Made by a program: the position numbers and the translations under genes. From Basidiobolus meristosporus CBS 931.73 (Eukaryota > Fungi > Basidiobolomycota), in assembly GCA_002104905.1 (NCBI GenBank), contig MCFE01000379.1, forward strand, positions 1-64,000: DNA of 64,000 nucleotides, given 5' to 3'. Shown piece after piece: positions 1-12,157 of this stretch. Below the pieces are notes generated by a model. That model did no database searches. It was not told where the DNA came from and was given only the letters and a program-made list of their open reading frames with translations. The first letter of the stretch is position 1. Every line of letters starts with the position of its first letter.

Positions 1-1440
1 ACATTCAATTTGGTTGGAATTGAGTATTTTAGGCCCAAAACAAGTTGATTTTTCACCAATTGGCTCATTTCCTATTCCACAATGTGTCCTAGCCTCCTAT
101 GCCACATCTCCCAGTTGGTTTCATCAGTTTCAGCAATGTTGACATACTTGGATACAATGATCTTGCATTGTAACTTGTAAATATTGTGATCTCTGAATCC
201 CAAAGCTAATTTTTGTCCATTCTCACTCAATATTGAGCAGTCATCTTAGTAAAAACAAATTTCAGTCCATGAGCAGTTGCTTTGTTGACTGAGAGTAAGT
301 TCATAGCTATTCCAGGTGCATAGAGTACGTCAGTGAGTCTTGCTATAGTCCCCTGAGTTACTGCTCATATTTAGCTGTATAGACCCACTTGTGGTAGCTT
401 CCAGAGCAGAGCTATCTCCCAGATAAACCTTTCTTACGGGAATAGTTTTTAGGTTGCTGAACCACTCCTTTATACCACAAATATGGTGTGATGATCCAGA
501 GTAAATGTACCATTCATTACTTTGGTTACTTGCACTCTCTTGTACAGTTACAAATAACTGTTCATCAGTAGTTATATGGTTTGCCTGCTCTATTTTCTGT
601 TATTTGTCTGGTTGTTTCTTCTTGCATTCTCTTGCCCAGTGTCCTGGCTTTTTACAATAGTTGCAGGAACCAGGTTTTTGTTGGTTTTGTTGCTTTCCCT
701 TCTCTTCTGAGTGCCTTTCTGAACTGAATAAAGTATTACCTTTGATTTTCTCTGCTTGATCATTACGTTTGAGTTCTTCATGGAGAAGTCTTCCTCTGAC
801 ATAGTCTAAAGTCAAGTTGTCTTCTCTGCTTTCAAAAGAGATTATGAGTGGCTCATACTTTTCTGGTTGGCTGCAAAGCAGACAGAGTATCTTTTCTTCA
901 TCATCTACACCAGCATTGATACTGTAAAGTTCTTCTGCAAGTGTCTCCATTTTGGTAATGAGTTGCAGCATGTCATCATCTGGTTTCTTCCTCATGCTGA
1001 AGAACTTTTGTTTCAAATAAAGCTTGCTTGATACTGACTTTGCTCTAAAAATCTTCTCTAAGGATTCCCATGCTGTTTTGGCAGTATTTGAGGCATGGAC
1101 TTGTCCAATGAAGAAATCTTGCACATTGATACATATGGTATTTAAGGCCTCTCTCTCCTTCTCTTGAAACTTCTCCACTTCTTCTGCTGTTTCTTTAGGC
1201 TCAACTTCTTTTCCCGTTACTATATTGCAAAGCTTCCTTTCCTCAAGGTGGATCTGCATCTTGATTCTCCAAAGTCTGTAGTTCTTGATGCCGGCCACCA
1301 AGATCTGGGTGCATATCCAATTTTGGTAAGTCTCCAAACTGGGGTGATCTGCACTTGTCTGGTGCTGGTGGTATTTTCTGTTGCAATTTAAGAAGTGATT
1401 TGGATATAAGGAACTTATCAAGAAATAGTGATAATAGTTG
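1..1440 (-). mobile_element. Degenerate Ty1/copia fragment (gag, zinc knuckle, decayed protease)
   Basis: ORF 600..1421 has copia gag features (NYRLWRIKMQIHLEE, LKQKFFSM) and a CCHC knuckle CNYCKKPGHWAREC. Reverse translation near 480-525 gives NEWYIYSGSSHHIC, a mutated WxxDSG protease motif. Confidence 0.85.
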
Positions 1441-1449
1441 GACTGTTGT

Positions 1450-2597
1450 TTATTAATTAAGAAGCTCAGTATTTATACCTCTGTAGAAGTAATACAGCTG
1501 TAACACTAAGTAAGGAGGGTTTCTCAATATTCAGGAGCATTCTGTAACAGTTTCAGGGTTAATACATAATAGTTAGTATTAGTGCTTATTTGATCCTGAC
1601 AATAGGGGAATAATCATAAGATCATAGATCTGGAGAAAGTGGCAAGGTTAGAGCTGTAAGTTAGTCCCACAGTGATCAAGGCTAGTCCAGAATTGTTAAG
1701 TGAATTTTTAGCTGCAGAATGATACCAAATAGTCCAATATTTCAACATTTTCCGGCATTTAGCTGTATTAGGTATTATCTTGGTCATAAGGGATTGTTGC
1801 ATCATCAGGCACCTGTCCAATGCTCTTAGTGGCCTTCTGATCTGAGTTCCATTCAAATACAATATTCTTGCAGCTAATCAGCTCTGAACTTTGTCATCAT
1901 GCACCCTAAGCCTACTGGGACTTCACAACACTCAAGAAAGATCCTTTTGTGCTCACTGGATCAAGCTTTGAGGCTTTTTGTCAGAGACGTGAAAAAAAAT
2001 ACTACTGCCAAAGATCCTGAGGTGCTGGATGCCAGGTTTTTTGCATGCAGAGGCTTCAAGAGTGTGATGTCATGTAGTGCTGTTATTGTGTGTCAAATCT
2101 TGATTTATTCTATAGTGGCAATAGATTATGCCCAATACTTGTTAACTGTATTCAAATTTTGTAACGTGTATTTTCCCAACACTACCATTGTCCAATTTCA
2201 ACATTCAAGTATTTCATTTTGCTGTGGAGTATCAGGAATAGTGGTCTGTTGCAGTTTATTAGTATTTGAGCAATGCTTGGCAAGCTCCTCAAAGCACTGT
2301 TGCTCTCCATTGTAACCTTAAATTATCTTCAGCTTAATCCCAGCTTGTGTGATTGCCATTTGCTTGAGCTATATGAACCTCTTCAGAGCCTCATCCTTTA
2401 TCTTTATGAAGTACATTAGTATGTAACTTGAGTTATCATCAATTAAAATAACAAAGTAAAACATGGCTCTAAAGGACAGTGTTTGTATAAGCCCACATAT
2501 TCCAGAGTGCACCATACCCAGTGTCTAATGGTGCCAATGCATGCTGGGCTCCAGCCACTGCACTTAATTGCTTTATTAATGATGGTGGTGGTAATTT
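1450..2597 (-). mobile_element. Degenerate copia integrase fragment
   Basis: Reverse translation near 2370-2470 gives FYFVILIDDNSSYILMYFIKIKDEALKRF, matching the copia rve core. Multiple stops. Confidence 0.7.
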
Positions 2598-5500
2598 TGT
2601 TACAATTTACCACTTGAATGTTGAAGTAAGATCAGTTTTTAATCAAAAAAATTGGTTATATGCTTAGCCTATCAGTATATTAGTGTCATTTATAACATTG
2701 GTAACATTAGTAAGCAAATAAATCAGCAGATCCTTCTCTTAAGGAATTCAATTAGTAATCAGTTGATCTGGCAAAATGTATATAAGGAGCTGCTGGAACC
2801 TCAATAAAAATCAGTTCAAGCTTAGTGAATACAATACCAGCTAAATTTCCTACTCCTCTACAACTGTTATATCAAGACTAGTAACATTGTAGCAGCAATA
2901 ACCAGACCTCCTTCCTAAAAAAAGAAGAAGCTTCCCTCAAGATGTCTAAAAATCAAGAATAGAGGAATCTCTGCAGCAGATCCTGGCTCAACAGCAACAG
3001 TTACTCCTGAACCCCCACACCAGCAGACACTACTAAGGTGAACATTGAGGACACTCAGACAGAAAGAAATTGTTCAAGAGTTCATCTATGAATATAGATG
3101 TCAACTTGGACAAGTTGAAAGAATGAACCCCCTGGCTCAAGTAGAATACTTTATTGATGGGTTGAAAGAAAGAATTTGCAAGGAAGTGAACTATCAAAAA
3201 CCTCAGACTATGGAAGAAGCCATTAATATTGCCATTGAATATGACTCAGCCATGCTTAGAGTTGGGAAGCCCACAATGACTAACCAGACAGGCTATAGTC
3301 ACTATGAAAGAGGACAATCAGAAGCAGCACCAGTGGAAATAGATGCTAAGCAGAAGAATCCTGCCTTAGAAGAATGAGAGAAGGAAGGACTTTGCTTTGA
3401 TTGCCATCAGCAGGGGCATATTGCAAAGTACTGACCTCAGTGAAGAAATGGACACCAGCCATCAAAAAACTTCAGCCATATTGAAGCCCCTGAGCATTGA
3501 AACATGGAGGATGAACTTGAAGAAGACTCAGAGCTCACCTTTGATATGACAGAAGAATACCAATCCCAGATGACCTCAAACTCAGGAAAGCTTTTATATT
3601 TGAATGGAGTAATCAATGGGGTACCTGCCAAGATCATATTTGACTCAGAAGCATTGCATGAGTACATGTCAGAGCAACTTGCTGTGAAGGCTGGAATCAA
3701 CTTGGAACCCACCAAATCAACTTCAGTCTGAACAGCTGATGGGAACTCTCACATAATCAACTGTATTAGTCAGCCTGTCAGGATGAAGATCAATGAATAT
3801 GAAGAGGACCTACAGGCTTATATATTTGGGAACTGCAAGCTTATATTACCTGTATAATTGGGGACTGCAAGTTTGACCTTCTACTTGGAAAAACCTGGCT
3901 ATTTTGTTGTAATCCATGAATTAACTGGAGAACTCATGCTTTTCAGATCCAGTAGGACTAGAAGACCTATGAGCTATTACCTGCCAGACTGGATCTCAAC
4001 TTGGTCAATTCCAGCGTGTGTGAAACAAGTGAATTTAGCAAGACACAGTTCTGTAGAGCACTTAGAAAAGGCACCCAGATGTTTTGCATGACTGTATTAC
4101 TCAAGGATTCCTCTACTCCAGTACCCCAGGAGGCCCAAACTCTTTTGAAGGAATTTTCAGATGTATTTCCACATGAGCTTGTAAGCCTACCTCTGGTCAG
4201 AGACATGGATCAGACCATTGACACCAGTGATAGCCCTCCAGTGAGTAAGACACCTTAAAGATTGAGTCCATTGGAGTTGGAAGAGATGAAGAGACAAATA
4301 GATCAGTTACTGGAGCAAGGATACATCATACCCAGCAAGTCACCTTTGGGAGCATCAGTACTCTTTGTGGAAAGGATGGATGGAACACTCAGAAGGTACA
4401 TTGACTACTGAGCCCTCAACCCAGTTACTGTGAAGAATAAGTACCCCATACCTTGGATTGATGAACTCTTGGACTAACTCAGTGGAGCCACTATATTCAG
4501 CAAGATTGACCTCATGTCAGGGTACAATCAGATTAGGGTTAAGCCAGAAGACATCCCTAAGACGGCATTCAGGACCAGATATGGACATTACAAGTACTTA
4601 GTCATGAGTCTTGGCCTCACCAATGCCCTTGCAACACTCATGACCCTGATGCAGACTGTCTTCCAGGAGTACTTAGACAGGTTTGTGATAATCTACCTAG
4701 ATGACATATTTATACACAGCAAGACAAAAGAGGATCACTTGGTAAACATTGAAAAGGTTGCAAAGAAGCTAAGAGAGAACAAGCAATATGGTAAGCTAGC
4801 AAGTGTGAATTCTTCAAGAAACATGTTGAATATCTGAGGCACATAGTGACTAGCACAGGAGTAAACTTAGACCCTAAAAAGATTGAAGTTATCAAGAATC
4901 TTAAGCAGCTCCATAGCATATCAGAACTCAAAGCATTCCCAGGAGTGGTTTTCTATTATTGGAGATTTGTCAAGTCCTTTGCAAGTATTGTAGCCCCTTT
5001 AACTGATATCCCCAAGAATGACAACTCCTACAAGTGGGACATAGCCTGTGAGACTGCCTTTCAGACACTCAAGATTGAACTTGCTAAGCTGCCAAGCTCA
5101 AGCATACCTGACTTAACAAAAGAGTTTACTCTGTGCACAAATGCTTCAGATTATGCAATTGGTGGAGTGTTCAGCCAAAAACACAAGGGAAAGGACTACC
5201 CAGTTGCCTTTGAATCCAAGAAACTGAACTCAGCAGAACAAAACTAACCAGTGCATAAGAAGGAGATGCTTGCTGCAATACACTGCTTGAAGAAATGAAG
5301 ATGCTATATTGAGGGAGTCAAATGCACTGTGAAGACTGATCATGCCTCCCTCAAGTATATATTTACTCAGAAGGTACTCTCTAGAAGAATGACAAGATGG
5401 AGTGAATACATTCACCAATTTGATACGGAGATTGTCTACTGCCCTGGGAAACACAGCACTGTTGCTGATGCCTTATCAAGATTAGAACAAGTTGCACAAC

Positions 5501-7447
5501 TTAACTTGGTGTATAAATTAGATTGGCCTAGCCTATTTCCAAAGCACTTGGAGGACCAAGACACTGTATGAAGACATGGAGATGCTATATTGAAGGAGTC
5601 AAATGCACTGTGAAGACTGATCCTGCCTCCCTCAAGTATATATTTACTCAGAAGGTACTCTCTAGAAGAATGACAAGATGGAATGAATACATTCAGCAAT
5701 TTGACTTGGACATTGACTACTGCCCTGGAAAAAACAACATGGTTGCTGATGCCTTATCAATATTAGATCAAGTGGCACAACTCAACTTGGTGCATGAATC
5801 AGATTGACCTAGCCTATTACCAAAGTACTTGGAGGACCAAGCCATTCCTAATGAGGTGGATGAAGAGATCAAGAAGATAATCCGGGATGAAGCCAGTAAA
5901 TCTGTGATACACACTGAAACACTCTACCAAAATGTTGATGGAAGCCATATTGCCTATTGCCCTTTTGTTGCTTGCTGGGATTTAATACAAAAGCTACACA
6001 ATGGATATGGACATCTCAGAATTGAAGGAACTAATAGCCCTGTGAAAGCCAGTGCATGGTGGCCCAGAATGAAACAACACATTGAGAAGCTAGTGGAAAC
6101 ATGCACAAATTGCCAAATCAACAAAGGCCAACCACAGATAACTGCTCAACTTTTCCCTTGGAGCCTGTAAGACCATATTAAAGATGAGGAACCTACTTTG
6201 TTGGAAGCCTACTAGCTACCAGGAAATGCAACCGTTGAATCCTGGTAGCAATTAACCATGCCTTAAAATGGCCCGTGGCTAAAGCAGTACCTGTAGCCAG
6301 TGAACAAGAAGTTGCAAGCTTCATCTACCATGAGATCCTTATGAAGTTTGGAGGCCCTGAAGATATTTTGTCTGATGGAGGAGCAAACTTTATGGCAAAG
6401 ACATTGAAAGCTTACCTGGAAATGCAGCAGATCAACCACTCAAAAACCTTGGCATATTACCCTAGAGCTAATGGAATTACTGAGCAGTTTAATGGATTAT
6501 TTGGAAAAATGCTGACCAAATATGCAAATGGAGCTGTCAGTTGATGGGATGAATGTATAGACCAAGCATTTCTTTGCATGCAGAGCCTGAATAAACAATG
6601 CCACCCAACAATTGCTATTTTACTTGGTGTATGGATGTGAACTAAGATTCCAGGAGATCTCACACAACCAAAGCTTACAGATGCCTTAGAAGATGAGCTC
6701 AGTCAGCCAAGTAAGTACCGGCAGCTAGAACAAAGATGTCAAGAGGAACAGGCCAATGTATCTCAAGGTGCAGAAAAGATGAAGCAGCGTTTTGATAAGA
6801 TTGTATCACCAGAAGCATTGACAGGTGGGAACTTTGTATTGTTGAGAACCAACACTCACAAGAAGTTTGAGCTACAATGGATGGGTGCTTTTAAGATCAT
6901 CACAGAATATTCATTTGCAGCTCACCAGCTTGTGGATAAATAAGGAAATATCCAGGAAAATTTAGTTCATAGAGACAGGCTCAGGCTTCAAAACTTGCCA
7001 ACAATACTGAACCATCAAAAAATTGGTATCACAAGAAAAGAGATACAGGAGCACCCTCTCAGCTTTAGTGGGGGAGAACGTTATGATTTACTGCTTGAAT
7101 GTTGAAGTTAGAACTTTTATTGGACAAGTCAACTAGTTATATATCTATTCTATCAGGATAGTAGTGTTATCTATCAAATAAGTAGCATTGATAGGTATAT
7201 GAATCAGCAGATCCTTATCAGACAGAAATAGATATATTAAGTAGGATCTTACTGGGTGAAGATGATGCAATTGAAGGAGTCATCAGCCACAGCTTGCATC
7301 AGGAAATTCATTAAGTCAGCAATACACGTGCCAAAATGTATATAAGGGGAGGCTGGAACCTCAATAAAAATCAGTTCATGTTTTAGTGAATACACTACTA
7401 GCTAAACTCCCCATTCCTCTGCAACTCTTATATCAAGACTTACAACA
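2598..7447 (+). mobile_element. Degenerate Ty3/gypsy LTR retrotransposon (gag, PR, RT, RNase H, IN)
   Basis: LTR-like repeats at 2598-2886 (TGTTAC...GTAACA) and 7079-7447. PBS-like TTGTAGCAGC at 2887 and PPT GTGGGGGAGAA at ~7068-7078. ORF fragments include KTAFRTRYGHY and VIIYLDDIFI (RT), TNASDYAIGGV (RNase H), GYGHLRI..WWPRMK..CTNC and ILSDGG (IN). Many stops and frameshifts; no TSD seen. Confidence 0.92.
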
Positions 7448-9839
7448 ATATACAATACTTGTTCCATTGTACTGTGCCAGGGCACTCAGTGCAATCTGTG
7501 GTCTTCAAGAGCAATTGGGCACAATATTATAGCTACCAGTAGGCAGGATTACTCGTAGACAATTTTCACCATGTAGGACAATCTTGCACACTGTGGCACA
7601 ATCTGACATAATGAAGTTGGCACAAATGATTGCCCCAACTTGTAGCGTTTGCATCATGTGTACAATTGGATACCACTATTTTGGTAGGTAAAATCCAATG
7701 TTTGGATATGCTTTTTTAATGTAAATAGGAATAAATGTGTATCACACTATAAGCTACACTGATACATACCATTATGGTTACCATCACTCCAATTGAATAG
7801 TATCTCAGCGGTTAATTGGTCCAAAAGTATCCTGAAGCTGTCAGCCCTCAATTGGCTCTTTGACCAATACACAAGCTGCCTGATTTGCCTCCAAATATCC
7901 CATTTTACCCATTGTGCAGGTAAATCTCTGATCCTAGTGATTGGACAAGGTGTCATAGCTAGCACACAACCAATCAAGTAGGTGCAAACCAGATCAAATG
8001 GCTGCACTGGTGCAACAGATGATATATATAAGCAGGATGTTTATTTATAGGGGTTCTATCTCAAATGTGTGACATCCTTGATATTACTTATATCATAAAT
8101 TTAGTGATCACCAATTTGCAATTGCTTGATTTGGATTGCATAAAACAAATGAGTTGTTTGGATCACAACAATTAATAGCAATTCAATGCAATTGCATCAT
8201 CTTCTCCTAGGTTTTTTCTCACAGGGATTACTACTGAAGCATTTGGTAGTGATTCACTTGGCACACCTAAACACTTCCTTCTTGACTATCCTCTTGGCTA
8301 CTTGTGTATTTGTAGTTGGTATTTTGCCTCCTAGTTGATGAGTGTATTGCTGCAGCTTAGCCATACTTAATTGCTCTGGATAATGCTACTGAGCTGGCCT
8401 TCAATACTACACACTGACATGTTCTTTTACTTGCCAAAGGCTCTAGTGGTGGAGGCACTTCATGTAGGTCATCATCAGGCAGTTCACCAGAAGAAACTTG
8501 CTGATGGTCAGGAGTAATAGCACATTTAGGCACAACTTGATGTGCTGGCATGGCCCTTGGCTGAGTTTGATGTGATGCTGCTTGTTGATGCCACTTGGCC
8601 TGCTCCAATGGACTTGTGTCTAATGAGAAGTTTGGCAAGTTCTGGTGATTTTGCTCTGAAACACACACATTGACCCAACATGCATTGCCCAAATGCCGGG
8701 TGATCTTGTGAAGGGTGTTGGCATGGGTTGGACTGACATGCACCAGCATGCTGAAGCTGCAAGGGATGGTAAGGAATCCAGCAAGGAGTGCTGGTGCAAT
8801 CTAGACACAGTTGCTTGCAGTCTCTATTCTTCCACTTGAAGCTCACCTTCTGATTCCTCAAGGTATTCACTTACCCTCTGTCTGATACTTTAGAACTATT
8901 GCCTAGATGAGTCCTGTGTATATTGCACTTGGAAGCCACTTAGCTCTACTAATATATCATGAAATACGTTAGTCACTTGGGGCAAAAAAGCATTCATAAT
9001 CCCTTTGGTTCCCAAAGTTGAGGCACAAATGGATGTGTCCAACCCATTCTGTGCAAATTGCATGCAAAATTGTTCCCATACAGCTTCCTCATCAAATCCC
9101 CTCACTCTCACCTCATTCTCAATATCAATACTTGCCTTGTTATATATATTCTTACATACAACGGCTGGCTTCTTGATGTAGAACTCATGCCACAGCTTTC
9201 TACTCTGGTTCTTCCATCTCTGTCAACTCTCTGAGGTATCTAGTTCTGCTAGATAAATGAGTAGTGCCCAAATATCTGTATGAAGGCTTATCATATACAT
9301 TTGGGTCATATTAAGATCATTTGGTAAGAACTCAAACAGATTCAACATTGACTTCACTGGGCTGGACCATGCTTGTGAGCTGGGGGATAGGATTTGTCTG
9401 GGTTGTACTAAAGATAAGTTGAGACTTGGCATAGGGATTGTAGAGACAGATTTGGATACAAATACAGTAGTGTATTGGCATCAACCTAGTCTTATATGAG
9501 ATATATATGAAAACTAATGTGATTGTTGAGTTTTCCATATGTTACGCATGATGCATCTTGGATTACATGGATACAGATCAGATCACCTTGAATGCAGATT
9601 TCCTATTTGATTATAGACTAGTGGGTAAACCATCAATAAAAATACCAAGTCATTGTTTGAGGATGACGTTTGCAACATAATGATAGGATACATGACAATT
9701 GATAGAGATTGAATCATAATGCATGGAAACTTAAATAAATAAAGCTGATAGATCCAAATCAAATCAAATCACCTCAGCCCAATAACCAACCAATTATAAT
9801 ATAGCTTACTCATCTAGGTGGTCCTTTCCCATCAATCCC

Positions 9840-10303
9840 ATCACTACCACTGGATTTCCTTTTGACACACTAGAGAAGATCAATGCCAAGTACTGTGGAC
9901 CATCTACACTGATCTACTCAAGGAGATCCCTTGTTAAGCTTCTCTGCTATTACAAGAACTATTGCCCCACAAGGTTTCATACCACCATACATGGTACCAG
10001 AAGTCCTAGAAGCTTTCATCCCCAGCTGGCAGCAATGGAGAACAACCTTGCAGAGGGTATGAATGATTTAGAGCAAGCTTGGAATACAAGGTTCAGAAGC
10101 TCCAATAGGTGTTCATATCCCAGAGTTTTCAGCCACAGGTTCCATATTAGGAGTATTTAGGATACCTTCCCAGTCAGGATTAACAGACCTTCTAGAGGGC
10201 AGAAGCACTGTTATATTGGCAAATGCAGAGCACACTGTGTGAAGTTTCAGGCACTGTCTGACATTGAGGGTAACATCATCTGGTTTAGTGGGCCATTTGC
10301 CGG
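9840..10303 (+). mobile_element. DDE_Tnp_4 (IS5/PIF-Harbinger/ISL2EU-type) transposase relic, cut off by an LTR insertion
   Basis: Manual translation reads TTTGFPFDTLEKI...LVKLLCYYKNY...SI*DTFPVRINRPSRGQKHCYIGKCRAHCVKFQALSDIEGNIIWFSGPFAG. This resembles the DxT.I.RP..Q...Y.GK..H..K.Q...D..G.I..SGP..G core of DDE_Tnp_4. Confidence 0.7.
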
Positions 10304-11300
10304 TGTTACAAGTCTTGGTATCAGAGTTGTAGAGGAATAGGGAGTTTGGCTAGTATTGTATTCACTAAAACTTGAACTGATCTTTATTGAGGTTCAAGCA
10401 GCTTCTTATATACATTTTGTCAGATCAATTGCTGACTAATTGTATTTCCTAATGTAGGTTGTGGCTGAAGACTCATTTGATTGCATCATCATCACCCAAT
10501 AAGATCCTACTTAATATATCCATTTCTGTCTGATAAGGATCTGCTGATTCATTTGCTGACTAATGCTACTGATTTCATAGATAATACTGATATACTGATA
10601 ACCTAAACATATACTGATTGATCTGACTAAAAACTGATCTAACTTAAACATTCAAGCAGCAGATCATAACATTCTCCCCTGCCAAAGTTGAGAGGGCTCT
10701 CCTAAATCTCTTTTCTTGTGATATTAATACCCTGATGGTTCAGTATTATCAGCAAGTCTTGCAAGCTTGAGTCTGTCTCTATGCACTAAGTCTTCCTGGA
10801 TATTGCCTTGTTTGTCCACCAGTTGGTAAGTTGCAAATGGACATTCTCTGATGATCCTGAATGGTCCTGTCCATTGTGGCTCATACTTCTTCCAAGTGTT
10901 GTTTCTTAGCAATACAAAGTTCCCAACTGTCAAGGCGTCTGGTGCTATAATCTTATCAAATCTCTGCTTCATCTTTTCTGCACTTTGAGATACTTTGGTC
11001 TGTGCCTCTTGACATCTTTGTTCCAGTTGCTGGTGTCTACTTGGCTGACTGAGCTCATCTTCTGAGGTGTCTGTAAGCATTGGTTGTGTGAGATCTCCTG
11101 GAATCCCTAGTTCACATCTGTGCACTGAGTAAAATGGTGATTGCTGGGTGGTGTTGTGTACTCTGACTCTGCATGCAAAGAAATGCTTGGTCTATATACT
11201 CATCCCATCTACTGACAGCTCCATTTGCATATTTGGTCAGCATTTATCCAAATAATCCATTAAACTGCTCAGTAACTCCATTAGCTCTCAGGTAATATGG
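10304..11300 (-). mobile_element. 3' end of a second copy of the gypsy family at 2598-7447 (3' LTR 10304-10671, PPT, integrase C-terminus)
   Basis: Reverse complement of the 7079-7447 LTR, followed by PPT TTCTCCCCTGCC at 10672. ORF 10724..11125 (GNFVLLRN..KYEPQWTGPFRII) is homologous to 6650-7020. Confidence 0.9.
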
Positions 11301-11397
11301 CTTCATTGAGGATGACTGAGAGAGCACTTTGTTCTCCAAGCTTACAGTGGTTAGCTAAAAAGTTCCCTGAAACTTTTTAGCTCAAGTGGGGGGTGGA

Positions 11398-12157
11398 TGT
11401 GGTAGGGTAAACATACCTCCCACAGACAAGTTTATTCATATAGTCATTATGATTTACTTATCCATATTTTATCTTATCAGTATTATCCTATTCTTCTTTT
11501 GCCCATATTATTAGTATTATCCCCATATCATGTTTACCCTGATTAGTTATTAGCATTAGTTATCCCAGATCTAATTCAGCTTTGTGATCAGTATATGTAT
11601 CTACATAAGGCAAGTACCTGGGTCAGTACCTGTGACACGTGACCTTGGTCTGTGTTACCATCCCTACCATTTCAATACCATATATGGTATTTCTATGTTG
11701 CACAGGTTTCAGACTACTGATTCCTGATTGGTTTAATGTGCTGTGCCTTTTAGAACCTTCCAGGACATTCTTGGTATATTTTTAGCTCATAGTGATGTCA
11801 TCAAGAATTCCACTGATACCTAGAATCTTCTAGAACCTTTTCATCAGTAATCACTTGGCAATCAGGAAAGTATTTGAGGGAAAGCAACCCCTCATCAATA
11901 AATCATCCCTTCTATCAGTAACACTTCTATCTTATTAATTAGCAGTTGATCACTGCACCTGCCTTCAACAGTACATCTCAGACCTACCATCAAGGAGCTT
12001 TTCAGGGTAGTGCACAAGACACACAGAGGCCTTTGGAGACACTTGGAGCACCTAGGAAGCTAGAGAAGCAGGAGCTTCTACGATAGTGACATATTGGCAA
12101 AAACACCAGCAGTTTAGACACAGAGGTTATTGCACCCATCAGACACCTCACACACCT
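11398..12157 (+). repeat. LTR of a further family, 3'-truncated, preceded by a PPT-like tract
   Basis: Highly similar to 14357-15160 and starts TGTGGTAGGG. Purine-rich AGTGGGGGGTGGA lies immediately upstream. It lacks the last ~45 bp and joins copia gag sequence at a CTT microhomology. Confidence 0.85.
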
